Assembly: GCA_034780895.1 (NCBI GenBank)
Contig: JAUZTB010000076.1
Span: 52,184,236-52,247,987 of the forward strand
Direction: 5' to 3'
DNA from: Rhynchobatus australiae
Lineage: Eukaryota
DNA: 63,752 nucleotides
Shown here: piece by piece, positions 53,528 through 63,752 of the stretch
How positions within the stretch are numbered: the first letter of the stretch is position 1
Layout: each line of letters begins with the position of its first letter
Translations under genes and position numbers: made by a program
Notes under the pieces: generated by a model
Told to the model about the DNA's origin: nothing
Databases searched by the model: none
Seen by the model: the letters and a program-made list of their open reading frames with translations, nothing else

Positions 53528-54330
53528 CTGGCAAAGTAAATGTTTTCCAATTAAGTTGTTTTATATTATTTCGTACAATTTGTATAGCTTTAAAATGTCA
53601 TTGAAATCAGTCTCTAAGAAACACTTTTTAGGAGTAGTACAACAGGATCCAATCTAATCCACTATAACTTTGAGATGCCAAACAACTCAGCTGGCATCTG
53701 TTCAGTCTTCAACTGAGAACTTGTGCTCAAAATGCCCCAGGATTAGATAAAAGTATTTAATTACAGCTGTAATAGCACAGAAAACTCAGTTTTGCATTTT
53801 CTAAGTTTTTGAAGAACTAATAATTAATTTAAAAAATTATCCTGTGTAACTAGATGATTATAGGATACCATCAACAATGGTTTATTACAGAACTATTAAA
53901 GTTGAAAAATTATATTCACCCAAAAGAAAAGGGAAATGCATCAAAATGGTACAGAATGCCCAACAATGGAGATTAAAGGCGAGTTAAGGCTTCATTAACA
54001 ATATATACAACCATATTTCTTTCTACAAATGTATTCCCTAACTGTGCAGCATTTGTAATTGCTTTGTTCACATTACCCTAGCCTAAAAAAACTTTTCACC
54101 ATTTTGACTTTTACCAGAGCAGGTGATGACTTTTAAGTACACACAATGCAGGTCAATTCCCACTGGAGGTTGATAAACCAAACACAGCAAATCATACATT
54201 TTCTGTATTTATGGGACCTGTAGCTTTGCAATGTACCCAGCACCAACTACTAAACTTATATTCCAATACTGGTATAATTGAGAAATAACTATTCCTTCAA
54301 AAAGGTTAAACTGCATAATGATCAACCTAC

Positions 54331-54404
54331 CTTAGGCTTTGAATTCTGTATTTCATTTCTTCATTTGATGAAAGCATCTCCTGCATCATCTCCAAATTCA
54401 ATTT
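54331..54404 (-). CDS. NUF2: NUF2 coding exon 6
   Basis: 74 nt; cccacag|KLNLEMMQEMLSSNEEMKYRIQSL AG|gtaggt. Confidence 0.88.
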
Positions 54405-55105
54405 CTGTGGGGAACAATTGAATATATGCAGTATTTTTCCACTAACATTACACTTTTGCAATGGAGGCTACTTTGCCCAAAATACATTTTGCACTATTTA
54501 TTGTCAAAATATTCATGGCTATAATACAACTGGATCAGCAAAATAGAGATTGAATTGAAAAGTCCATTTGCTTGCTGTTAGATAGACATCAGAATGACCC
54601 TGAAAATCTAACAATGAGGTTTTTTAATTTAAGTAAACAGTAGAACCTAAAAATAAACAAGGAAGCTGGTGAGTAAATAGATCTTTTTGACTTTAAAAAA
54701 TGCAAATAGGCCAAATTTGCAGACAACACAAACTGGGATAGGCATAGGAATGCTTAGATGAACTGGGCATTTGCAAGCATTTTGCAAAATAAATTCAGCG
54801 CTGCTCTGATAGAGGTAATGTACTGCACATGGTGAAAATGCTCAAAAGTATACAGATAAAGGATCAGAAATAACAAAACTGCATTGTAACGTCTTGCACT
54901 TTCAATATCTAAGACAATGAAAAAAAAAGCAGAATCCCAGTATATGCAACTGAAGGACTACCAATTTTTGATCTGATCATACATGCATTGCATTCAATTC
55001 AATTCTGGACTACCTTAGGTAAAGATGGTTTTATTATTCGATACATATAGAATCCTGATAAGACCATCCATATTCACAGATGAATATTGTGATGTGGTAA
55101 TGAAA

Positions 55106-55332
55106 GGCACAGTAGCATAGCGGTTAGCGCAACGCTATTACAGCGCCACGCTGTCTGTAAGGAGTTTGTACATTCTCCCGTGTCTGCGTGGGTTTCCTCC
55201 GGGTGCTCCAGTTTCCTACCACATTCTAAAGACGTACGGGCAGGTTAATATGGGATTTAAAAATGGGCAGCGCGGACTCATTGGACCAGAAAGGCCTGTT
55301 ACCACGCTCTAAATAAAATTCTTTAATTTTAA
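55106..55332 (+). mobile_element. V-SINE copy with B-box deletion and CR1-type tail
   Basis: ggcacagtagcatagcggttagcgcaacgctattacagcgcca joins directly to cgctgtctgtaagg; tail ggaccagaaaggcctgttaccacgctctaaataaaa. Confidence 0.85.
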
Positions 55333-55601
55333 GAAAGATGCTTAGCTTTCTTAAGAATACTCTCTTAAGAATTCCACAGGAAAAATGGAGCAAAGAAGTT
55401 ATTGCTTTAAATTTTTAAAAAGTAATCTATCAAGAGAAATACAGAATGAATAAAGAAATCCTATTAACAATAATCCCAAGTCAATACAATTCCTTCCTAT
55501 CATTTGATACAAGAGTGAACATTTTAATTGTTACAGGAATCTTGCTATATATTATTACTGGAACATAAGATTATCATGCAATAAATAAAATCAATACTTA
55601 C

Positions 55602-55699
55602 AAAACTTTTTTGTTGGTTCAGATAGGTCTCCAGGGTTTTCCTTCTGAATTGAAGAAAACTGATGATACCACTCAGGATTATAATGGTACACTTTTTGT
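55602..55699 (-). CDS. NUF2: NUF2 coding exon 5
   Basis: 98 nt; KKCTIIILSGIISFLQFRRKTLETYLNQQKSF|gtaagt; LSGII.F..FR hallmark of NUF2. Confidence 0.95.
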
Positions 55700-56609
55700 C
55701 TTTGATATTGAAATTAGTGTACAAGATGAGCAAGTAAGAAAAAGAAAGAAAATAAATGGTTATCACTTTACACATCCCAAAATACCTCTCATATTATTTT
55801 GCAGTTCAATTATTAAAATTGAGTCATGCGGGCAAATATGTTAGATTGTAACAATAAAATCCATTCAATACCAGTGCTCCTCAAAAATTAACAAACACGT
55901 AATTTTTCTTACCATTTTTCCAAAGTGTAATTTACTATAATCTAGCTTCAATCTCACAACTGTAAAACCATTTTAATTCAGGTCAACTGTAATTATCAAC
56001 AGGTTAACTATAATAGCAAGATATACAACAAAACTATGAAATAATACACAATGCTACTTTTCCTACATATTTGCAATAATTACAAATATTTTTAGATCAA
56101 GAGGAATCCACCAATCTTCTGCTAGATGTAGTCTAAAATTTCTTTTTCTAGAATTTTTTTTAGACTGCATTGGAGCTACGTAAATAGGTTTGAAAACATT
56201 CGCCCCAGTTCAATTTTGGTTTGCTTTCAATTTTTCATCATATCTAGTTTCTAAAGGCTGTCCTATAGCCCTATGTATGACTTGTAGGGCTTGAAAAGAT
56301 GTTTGAGTGGGACTATTCAGGGGATAACTGTAACTAGTGTTTGAGGTTTAAACTATACTCTTCACTTTACACACTCCACCACGATAGTAGATAACTTAGA
56401 GGCTGCTGTAGAAGTGCTAAAAGCATTCACATGCAATATTCAAACCATACTCTAAATTGAGCTTGTTCTGCTGCACAACTGCTTAAAGAATACTATCCAG
56501 AAGAATTTGATTGCCTAGAATACCCAATAAGCCACATTTCAGGAAATAAAATTTTAAACCAGTATTTTGTATGAGATGGAGAGGGTGGGTCATGTGTTAA
56601 CATGGACTG

Positions 56610-57600
56610 AAGACTAGGCCCATGGATCAGTTGTTGATCCTCACTTATTTACTAGTTATGTTAATGACTTAAAGGAGGGAGAAGAGGGCAAGGTATTCAA
56701 GTTTGCTGATGGGGATAACACGAAAATAGGTGGGAGATCATAATGCAATGAGGATACTGGACTCTGGAGATAGACAGGTTGCATGAATGGATGAACACTT
56801 GGCAACTTGATGCATGAAAGTATGAGGTCATGCAGTTTAAAAGGAGGAATCAAAAGGCAGTCCATTATCTAAATGAAGAGAAATTGCAAATTAGTGGAGT
56901 ACAGGGGGATCTAGATGTTCATGTGCCCAAAACAAAAAATATTAGCATGCAGGTGCAGGAAGCAATTTAGAAGGTAATCGGCACATTAGCCTTTATTGCT
57001 CAGGCTATAAAAATAGAGAAGTAATGACAAAATTACCCAGGGTGTTGTTGAGGCTGGAGTACTGAGTAGAGTTTTGGTCCCCTTATTTAAGGATATAGTG
57101 CATAAAAGGCTGTCCAGAAGAGATTAATAATCTAATCCCTGGGAATGAATGGGCTATACTACCACGAACAGCTAAAAAAATTAAAATTTATTATTTGGAG
57201 TTTAAAAGATTGAGAAACGATACTCTTGAAACATACAAGATCCTAAGGGGGCACGACACATAGATGCTGAGATGTTTCCACTTGTGAGAGAATCTCGAAG
57301 GAGGGGATAAAAGTAAAAGATAAGGGATTGTTCTTCTGAAGAGGTACATAGAAATTTCTTCTTGCAGAAAGCATTGAATCTCTGAAATTTTCTATCCCAG
57401 AGGGTTGTAGAGCCCAGATCATTACAGTATTTAAAGAAGAGATAGATAACTAAAAAAAAAAATCAGTGAATTGAGGGCTTTGTGGAATTGGTACAGAAGA
57501 GGAGTTAAGGTCTGGGGCATATTAACTGTGATCATATTGAACAGTGGAGCAGTTTGGAGGGCTAGGTGGCCTACTTCTGATCATATTTTCTTGCATTTTT
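56610..57600 (+). mobile_element. CR1 LINE 3' about 1 kb, degenerate
   Basis: YVNDL...KFAD..TKIG reverse-transcriptase motif through to the CR1 tail ggcctacttctgatcatattttcttg. Confidence 0.8.
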
Positions 57601-58744
57601 GTATGGAGGCAGCACCACCCATTTGGTTCAGAAAAATGGTCTGCTACATACAGCCTGTTAGTATTTTTGTTGTTTAGTCAGGACCAGATACCTCAGGAAT
57701 CAACACCAAATATTTCAAGTGGTTAGTGGTATTGCTTGGGGTTGGAACAGTTTTGGTCATGCTTCTGTAGGCTACAGTAACAATTAATCAATTAGACCAC
57801 CGTGGAACAGGTCTATGAAATGATATCATAGAACTGGGAAATGCTGAGAAAAATTATTGAGCAAGGCAACATCTTTATATGCCTCCAGTTAGGTTCAGCA
57901 AACATAAGGAGCTGTTGAATCAGAAGGACAGCAGATGATTGATTTTTGGGAGTGGGCAGGAAAACCTGGGAGAAGATCTTGGGCAAATGAGTGTAATCAN
58001 NNNNNNNNNNNNNNNNNNNNNNNNNNNNNNNNNNNNNNNNNNNNNNNNNNNNNNNNNNNNNNNNNNNNNNGTGGTATGCCAAGTCACATACTTAATTGGA
58101 GTTAGTCCTCCATTGTCATGTTGTGGTGATATATATTGTATGAGGATCTGGACTGTACTGTATCAAATTTCAGTTGGATCAACTGAATTATTGCCTTAGA
58201 AATGTAAACTTAGCAGCAGACATCAAGAAATTTCAAATTTCAAAAAAATTAATGGTCAATTGAGAACGTTGCTATGCAGATAGAACTCCTTAGAGGTAGA
58301 AACAGTGAATCGGGCCATTCACTTAGTGGCAAATCACAGTCAAGTTAACTCCCTTGATTTATTATTGGCTGTACTACACACATGGTTATACACAAGAGAT
58401 TTGAAACTGGACAAAATATCTTTTATGTGGATGCAAATCAGTTCATATAAATTACTGCTTTGGAGAATTTCTTCAAGCTTTTATGTCAAAAGTAATTTCA
58501 TTCAATTTAGTAATCTGAACAATATGATTTAATACAGACTTTCAATCTGGGTAGTGCCTTTAAATTTAAATACAAGTAGTGTGAATTTGAATCATAAAAG
58601 AACTATGTAATTAACAAATTGTAATTGGTTTTTATCCTGAAGTGCATATGAGAGATGAAGTTGTCTAATATCCCTGATGTATTTTTCCAACCACTGGAAC
58701 CAAGCATGCTTTAATACCGAATTTGAATTAATTTGTAAGCTTAC

Positions 58745-58806
58745 TAGGTCTCCAGAAGTCAGCCATCACAGAATTTGGAATTGCGCATAGCGATATTAAG
58801 TTATGC
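58745..58806 (-). CDS. NUF2: NUF2 coding exon 4
   Basis: 62 nt; tctcttccag|G HNLISLCAIPNSVMADFWRP A|gtaagc; size and phases fit, sequence divergent. Confidence 0.82.
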
Positions 58807-58924
58807 CTGGAAGAGACATTAAAAACAAAATCAGTGTGTACAATGTATGGCTTCTTTCAAATATTTAACAATATCCTTTTTGTGTAATGCAAATTCCATT
58901 TAAATAGTTCTAAAAGAACATTTA

Positions 58925-59850
58925 AATACATAGAACAGTACAGCATCGGAACAGGACCTTTGGCCCACGATGTTGTGCCAAACTAATTAAGCTAATGACA
59001 CCTAATCCCTTTGGTTTGCACATGATCCATATCCCTCAGTCCTTTGCATATTCATGTCCCTATCCAGGAACCTCTTAAACACCTCTATTTTATCTGCCTC
59101 CTCCACCCCTGACAGCACATTTCAGTCACTACTACCGCATATCTATAACCTATTTATATCCCACAGTATCCTTGGGCAACACCTTCACCATCATCACCTC
59201 CTCGAAAAACTCAATCAAGTTAGTAAAACACAACTTGCCTTACACCAAGCCATGCTCACGGTCCCTAATTAGGCCATGCTCTTTCAAATGCTCGTAAATT
59301 CTATCCCGAAAAATCTTCTCCAATAGCTTCCCTACCACCGATGTGAGACTCACTGACCTACAATTTCCAGGATTATCCTTATTTCCCTTCTTGAACAAAG
59401 GAACCTCATCTGTGGCTAGAGAAGACACAAAGATCTTAGTCAAGGCTATAGGAATCTCATCTCTTGCCTCTCTCAATAACCTGGGGTACTATTGCATTAG
59501 GCCCTGGGGATGTCCATCTTAACATTCTTCAAGAGATCAAACACCACCTTTATTTCAAAATGACCTAGCATATTAGCATGCTCCAAATTGATTTCACTAA
59601 TCGTCCTCCTTGGTGAATACCGATGCAAAGCACTCATTTCAGACCTCACATACATCCTTTGCCTCCAAGCATGTTCCCTCCTTTATCTTTGAGTGCTCCA
59701 ACACTCTCCTTAGTTATCCTCTTGCTCCTAATGTATGCATAGGATACCTTGGGATTCTCTTTAATCCTACTTGCCAAGAACTTTTCATGGCTCCTCCCGG
59801 CTGTCCTAATTTCCTTCTTGAGTTCTTTTCTGGCTTCTTTATATTCCTCA
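58925..59850 (-). mobile_element. CR1 LINE fragments with internal deletions
   Basis: VPLFKKGNKDNPGNCRSVSLTSVVGKLLEKIFRDRIYEHLKEHGLIRD..HG; tail catagaacagtacagc. Confidence 0.88.
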
Positions 59851-61105
59851 AATTTGGCCTTTTAAAATATAATTAGTTCAAACTTACCAACAAATGATCA
59901 GGTACACAACATTGATTTTAAAAGATAGCTAGTTTTCAGATTAGATCAGTACTATGGATTTATATGAATATAGTAAGAAACTTTTCTATCCTGATTACCT
60001 ACTGTCAGGATCTAAGAAATGGGAGCTGACACTTGTACTAATAGCTGGCACCTTTCTTTGGCCTTCTACCTCTTTGTTATCAACTTTGAAGTTAAAACTG
60101 GGAAAATCTGTGACAAATTTCTTGATTATTGACTTGATGCGCCAGTAACCATTGCAAAAAAATGTTAACAAGCTTAAAGAAAATTTAAATACAGGGACCA
60201 TGTAATGGAGTTGCATTTCTAAAAAAAGTGCGTGTTACAATTTTCCATAACACAAAGCTGCGNNNNNNNNNNNNNNNNNNNNNNNNNNNNNNNNNNNNNN
60301 NNNNNNNNNNNNNNNNNNNNNNNNNNNNNNNNNNNNNNNNNNNNNNNNNNNNNNNNNNNNNNNNNNNNNNNNNNNNNNNNNNNNNNNNNNNNNNNNNNNN
60401 NNNNNNNNNNNNNNNNNNNNNNNNNNNNNNNNNNNNNNNNNNNNNNNNNNNNNNNNNNNNNNNNNNNNNNNNNNNNNNNNNNNNNNNNNNNNNNNNNNNN
60501 TACATCATCAGTGCACAAAATATTAAACAGTATAGAACTAAAGCACATCAAAAAGATACTATCAGAACACAAAGGTGAGTTGATAATAGTAAGTTTTAAA
60601 CATATATTTAGGAGAACTTGAATATATGTTTACAATAAGCATAGCAGAGGCAAAAATATTAGAGGCTAAAATCCTCTGCACCAGTCAGGACATGTCCACT
60701 GGCATTCAAGGAGATTAGAGAAGTAACATTAGTAGTGTAACTCCACTGCCCCCCTTTTTTCTTTAACCTCCCTCTCAATCTTTTCTAAAACATTGAAATC
60801 TTGGAATATTAAGCACCCATTCCTATCCCTCTCTCAACTAAGTCTCTTATTTACGAAGGGATCATTGTTCTCATGGAATGTTGTGATAAGTTTCCAAAAG
60901 TGTATTTGTGAGGTTGAAAGTTGACATTTAACTAAACTTTGCATATTCAAAGTACTTCTCAGATCACAGGGGCTCAAATCTAGAATCAGAAAGAAAACAT
61001 GTGCCAAACCAAAGATTTCAGAAGAGACATTCATCTGAACAACTTGGATTCTAATATATCCAAGATGCCTTATTCTACTAAACCACATATAATACTAATA
61101 CTTAC

Positions 61106-61182
61106 ATGCAAATATACAGATTCAATAGTGAGACAGAATTTTCAAAAAGTTGAGGATATGGCATGCTGACATCTCCAGGCAT
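61106..61182 (-). CDS. NUF2: NUF2 coding exon 3
   Basis: 77 nt; tctgtag|MPGDVSMPYPQLFENSVSLLNLYIC AT|gtaagt. Confidence 0.92.
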
Positions 61183-61762
61183 CTACAGATAAAGCAGACA
61201 GATCAATTTAGGTATTTTATATTCCATCTGAATAATACACTCGAGAAGGTGGCTTAAAGATCACGTACAACTAAAAATGTTCTTCAAATGTTAAAGTCAA
61301 AAACACATTGTTCATAATATCAAGAATCCATAAAAATCATACAGTAAAACAATATTTCATAAAATCACTGTGTACATTTTTTTCACAAGAGTCACTGCTA
61401 TCTCCGACTTTCAACATAATCAACCCTATTGGAATAATAACAGAAGTTTCCATATGCAAGAGAGTGGGAAAAAAAAGAGTAATTTCTCTGAATTAATAGA
61501 TTAGTCCACAAAGTCTAATTTTCCTGATTTGTTAACAGTTAATGACACCCAATTATCTTTGGATAAAGAAATGTACATTTAAGTGGGAATTAATATATTC
61601 AAAATCAAGTATTTGACTAAACAAGGACCAATCCTTAACAAGGACCGTTATCCTGAGAAACAAGAATACAGCAAATCATGCCGACATACAGTGGTGGTAT
61701 ATATGCAGAGCAAAGAACATAAAAATACATAACCTTCATTATTCTTCTTAAATTTTACTAAC

Positions 61763-61837
61763 CATGTAGAAACAATCTGGTCTTGCATCAAAGATATACT
61801 GCAGAACTCTCACATATAAGCGCCGCACAGTTTCNNN
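61763..61837 (-). CDS. NUF2: NUF2 coding exon 2 (first codon and acceptor inside the gap; 5' end inferred)
   Basis: xETVRRLYVRVLQYIFDARPDCFYM|gttagt; 72 nt visible, 75 expected from orthologues. Confidence 0.88.
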
Positions 61838-62397
61838 NNNNNNNNNNNNNNNNNNNNNNNNNNNNNNNNNNNNNNNNNNNNNNNNNNNNNNNNNNNNNNN
61901 NNNNNNNNNNNNNNNNNNNNNNNNNNNNNNNNNNNNNNNNNNNNNNNNNNNNNNNNNNNNNNNNNNNNNNNNNNNNNNNNNNNNNNNNNNNNNNNNNNNN
62001 NNNNNNNNNNNNNNNNNNNNNNNNNNNNNNNNNNNNNNNNNNNNNNNNNNNNNNNNNNNNNNNNNNNNNNNNNNNNNNNNNNNNNNNNNNNNNNNNNNNN
62101 NNNNNNAAAATACTTAAAATGTTATAATACATAATAAAATATTTAAAATGTTATAAGGATGCACGTATGCCTTAAAAAACAAAATGTTTTCTAAAAAAAT
62201 AAATTTATTCACAACTGTCAAGGGTTATAGATTAGCATTGTTTTGATTGCTATAGATGCATACTTTTAGCTGGAAAGGAATAACTCCATGAAAACAAATG
62301 TATGCATTACATTGCTTAATACGCTTGCCTTTATAAATCAATGCATTCTTAGGTTTTGGTGACTTTGCAGAGGTTTAGAAAAATGTAAAATGCTTAC

Positions 62398-62520
62398 CTT
62401 TGATATGTCAGCTTTTGTGAAGTGGTTAGCTTCCGGTCCACTCAAAATGTGTTTGCGACAATAAGCTACAATATAATCCAATTTGCAAATAGGAAAAGCA
62501 ACTCTGTTTTCCCCCTCCAT
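62398..62520 (-). CDS. NUF2: NUF2 coding exon 1 (start of CH domain)
   Basis: 123 nt; MEGENRVAFPICKLDYIVAYCRKHILSGPEANHFTKADISK|gtaagc; an acceptor ttccttgatag 5 nt before the ATG implies an upstream non-coding exon. Confidence 0.93.
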
Positions 62521-63578
62521 TTGAGCTATCAAGGAAACAGCTATATTTTAGAATTCACATTAATCTTGTTTAATACGCCATCTAAGAGGCCACAATTGTC
62601 ACGGAATTTACTATGATAGCAATGTTTAAGATGCACATTTAATATCGTGTTTCTCATTCTTTTGACCACACACACAAATAAATTCACCAGAGAGAAATTC
62701 ACAGAACACTGAACATCTTTATCTTAGAAGAGACCACGATGGGGCTTGTGAACTCTATCTTGCATTCTTTGAGAGAAATATAATCTATAAAAAGTTCACA
62801 CGTTTCAGAAGAGATGAGATCTTGCATACTGAGGATATACTAAATTAAAATGGAAGCAAAATTGAGGGTTGATAACTGAGATTTACAACATCAAAACAAA
62901 ACCAAAGTGAAGTTTAATTTAATCTTTTTATTCGTCCACCATAGGTTGCAATCTGCTTTCCTGTACTATCGCCTGAATATCACATTGGGTCAAACAGTGC
63001 TTTCTTCTACAATTTCTTCTGCATATCAGACAAGCTTTAACTACACCGGCCTTCCACAGTTAGAACACTAACCAATGTAGAAACTATAAATGACTGAAAG
63101 TAAATGTAATATTTTTGATGTCAAGTTTTTTTTTGTGCTTTTAATCCTTTGCTACCAAGGTCTCACAACTAACAAATTGTCAAATTAAAATGTGGGACGA
63201 TTAGCTTTAGTTGACCTTCTTTCGTTTACAAAGAAAATTTTGCCCCAAATGATACCAGGTAAACGGCAATATCCATTACTACTACCTCTGCAGTGGTGCT
63301 GATAACATCAAAGGGAAAGAGCACACAGAGCACCCAGTGACACCTCGATCTAAAATACTACTTTAGGGAAATACAAATAAAACCCAAAAGATCCCTTGTA
63401 ATTATTTCTGAAAACTCTGGGCAAATACATGTTCACGAAGTCATTTAATTCACTAAACCAAAAATGCAATAACTGAGGGAAAATCCCTGCAACCTAAATA
63501 AAATAATAAAACAATAAAAAAAGTTGGAAGCTGTTTCTGCATCTAACATAAATATACATTAAATAGGATATTCATTAC

Positions 63579-63702
63579 CTGATACAGATTGAACACTTGG
63601 ACACCAAGTCAAATTTAATATCCACACCCAAAAAAAGCACTCCAAGCCTGGATTAAGTCCCAACCTTCCGTAGCACCCTTCCCGCTCCACCTCCCCGCCC
63701 CC
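63579..63702 (-). promoter_or_regulatory. Possible NUF2 non-coding exon and GC box
   Basis: Minus-strand donor CAG|gtaatg at 63579 and a CCCCGCCCCC GC box at 63693-63702. Weak; the true first exon may lie beyond the window. Confidence 0.2.
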
Positions 63703-63752
63703 CATGGGTATATGTCACAGCCTGACCAGGTCACTGAAGCAAACATGAAGCC

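Noticed and set aside
1-63752. CRISPR arrays, operons or prokaryotic defence systems
   Set aside because: The window is intron-rich vertebrate DNA with no repeat-spacer arrays or long uninterrupted ORFs.

Overview
Gapped eukaryotic scaffold, almost certainly from a shark or ray, judged by its V-SINE/HE1-type SINEs, Deu-SINEs and CR1, Rex1 and RTE LINE fragments. It is not prokaryotic, and nearly all six-frame ORFs are noise or N-gap artefacts. Two spliced genes can be rebuilt by hand. (1) A 5-exon R4-subfamily RGS gene (RGS5-like) on the + strand, CDS 23117-26434, 194 aa: MCQGLSSLPSCYLERAKGIKARLGIFLQKS...[10 protein letters not shown]...[12 protein letters not shown]...[12 protein letters not shown]...KQSET. 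It has a GC-AG fourth intron and a clear proximal promoter. (2) NUF2 (Ndc80 kinetochore complex) on the - strand, 13 coding exons, CDS 62520 to 38871, 1395 nt / 464 aa, with 17 nt hidden in gaps. The two genes converge tail-to-tail. The rest is repeat-rich intronic and intergenic DNA, including a solo LTR with a target-site duplication (TSD), a second LTR-like promoter module and a fold-back triple repeat. I found no evidence of a wholly new biological system. The best leads are the in-frame competing GC/GT donor next to the key Asn of the RGS domain, the identity and synteny of this RGS paralogue, its Met-Cys-Gln N-degron variant, and tail-swapped SINEs. Comparisons to other species are from memory; no database search was run.
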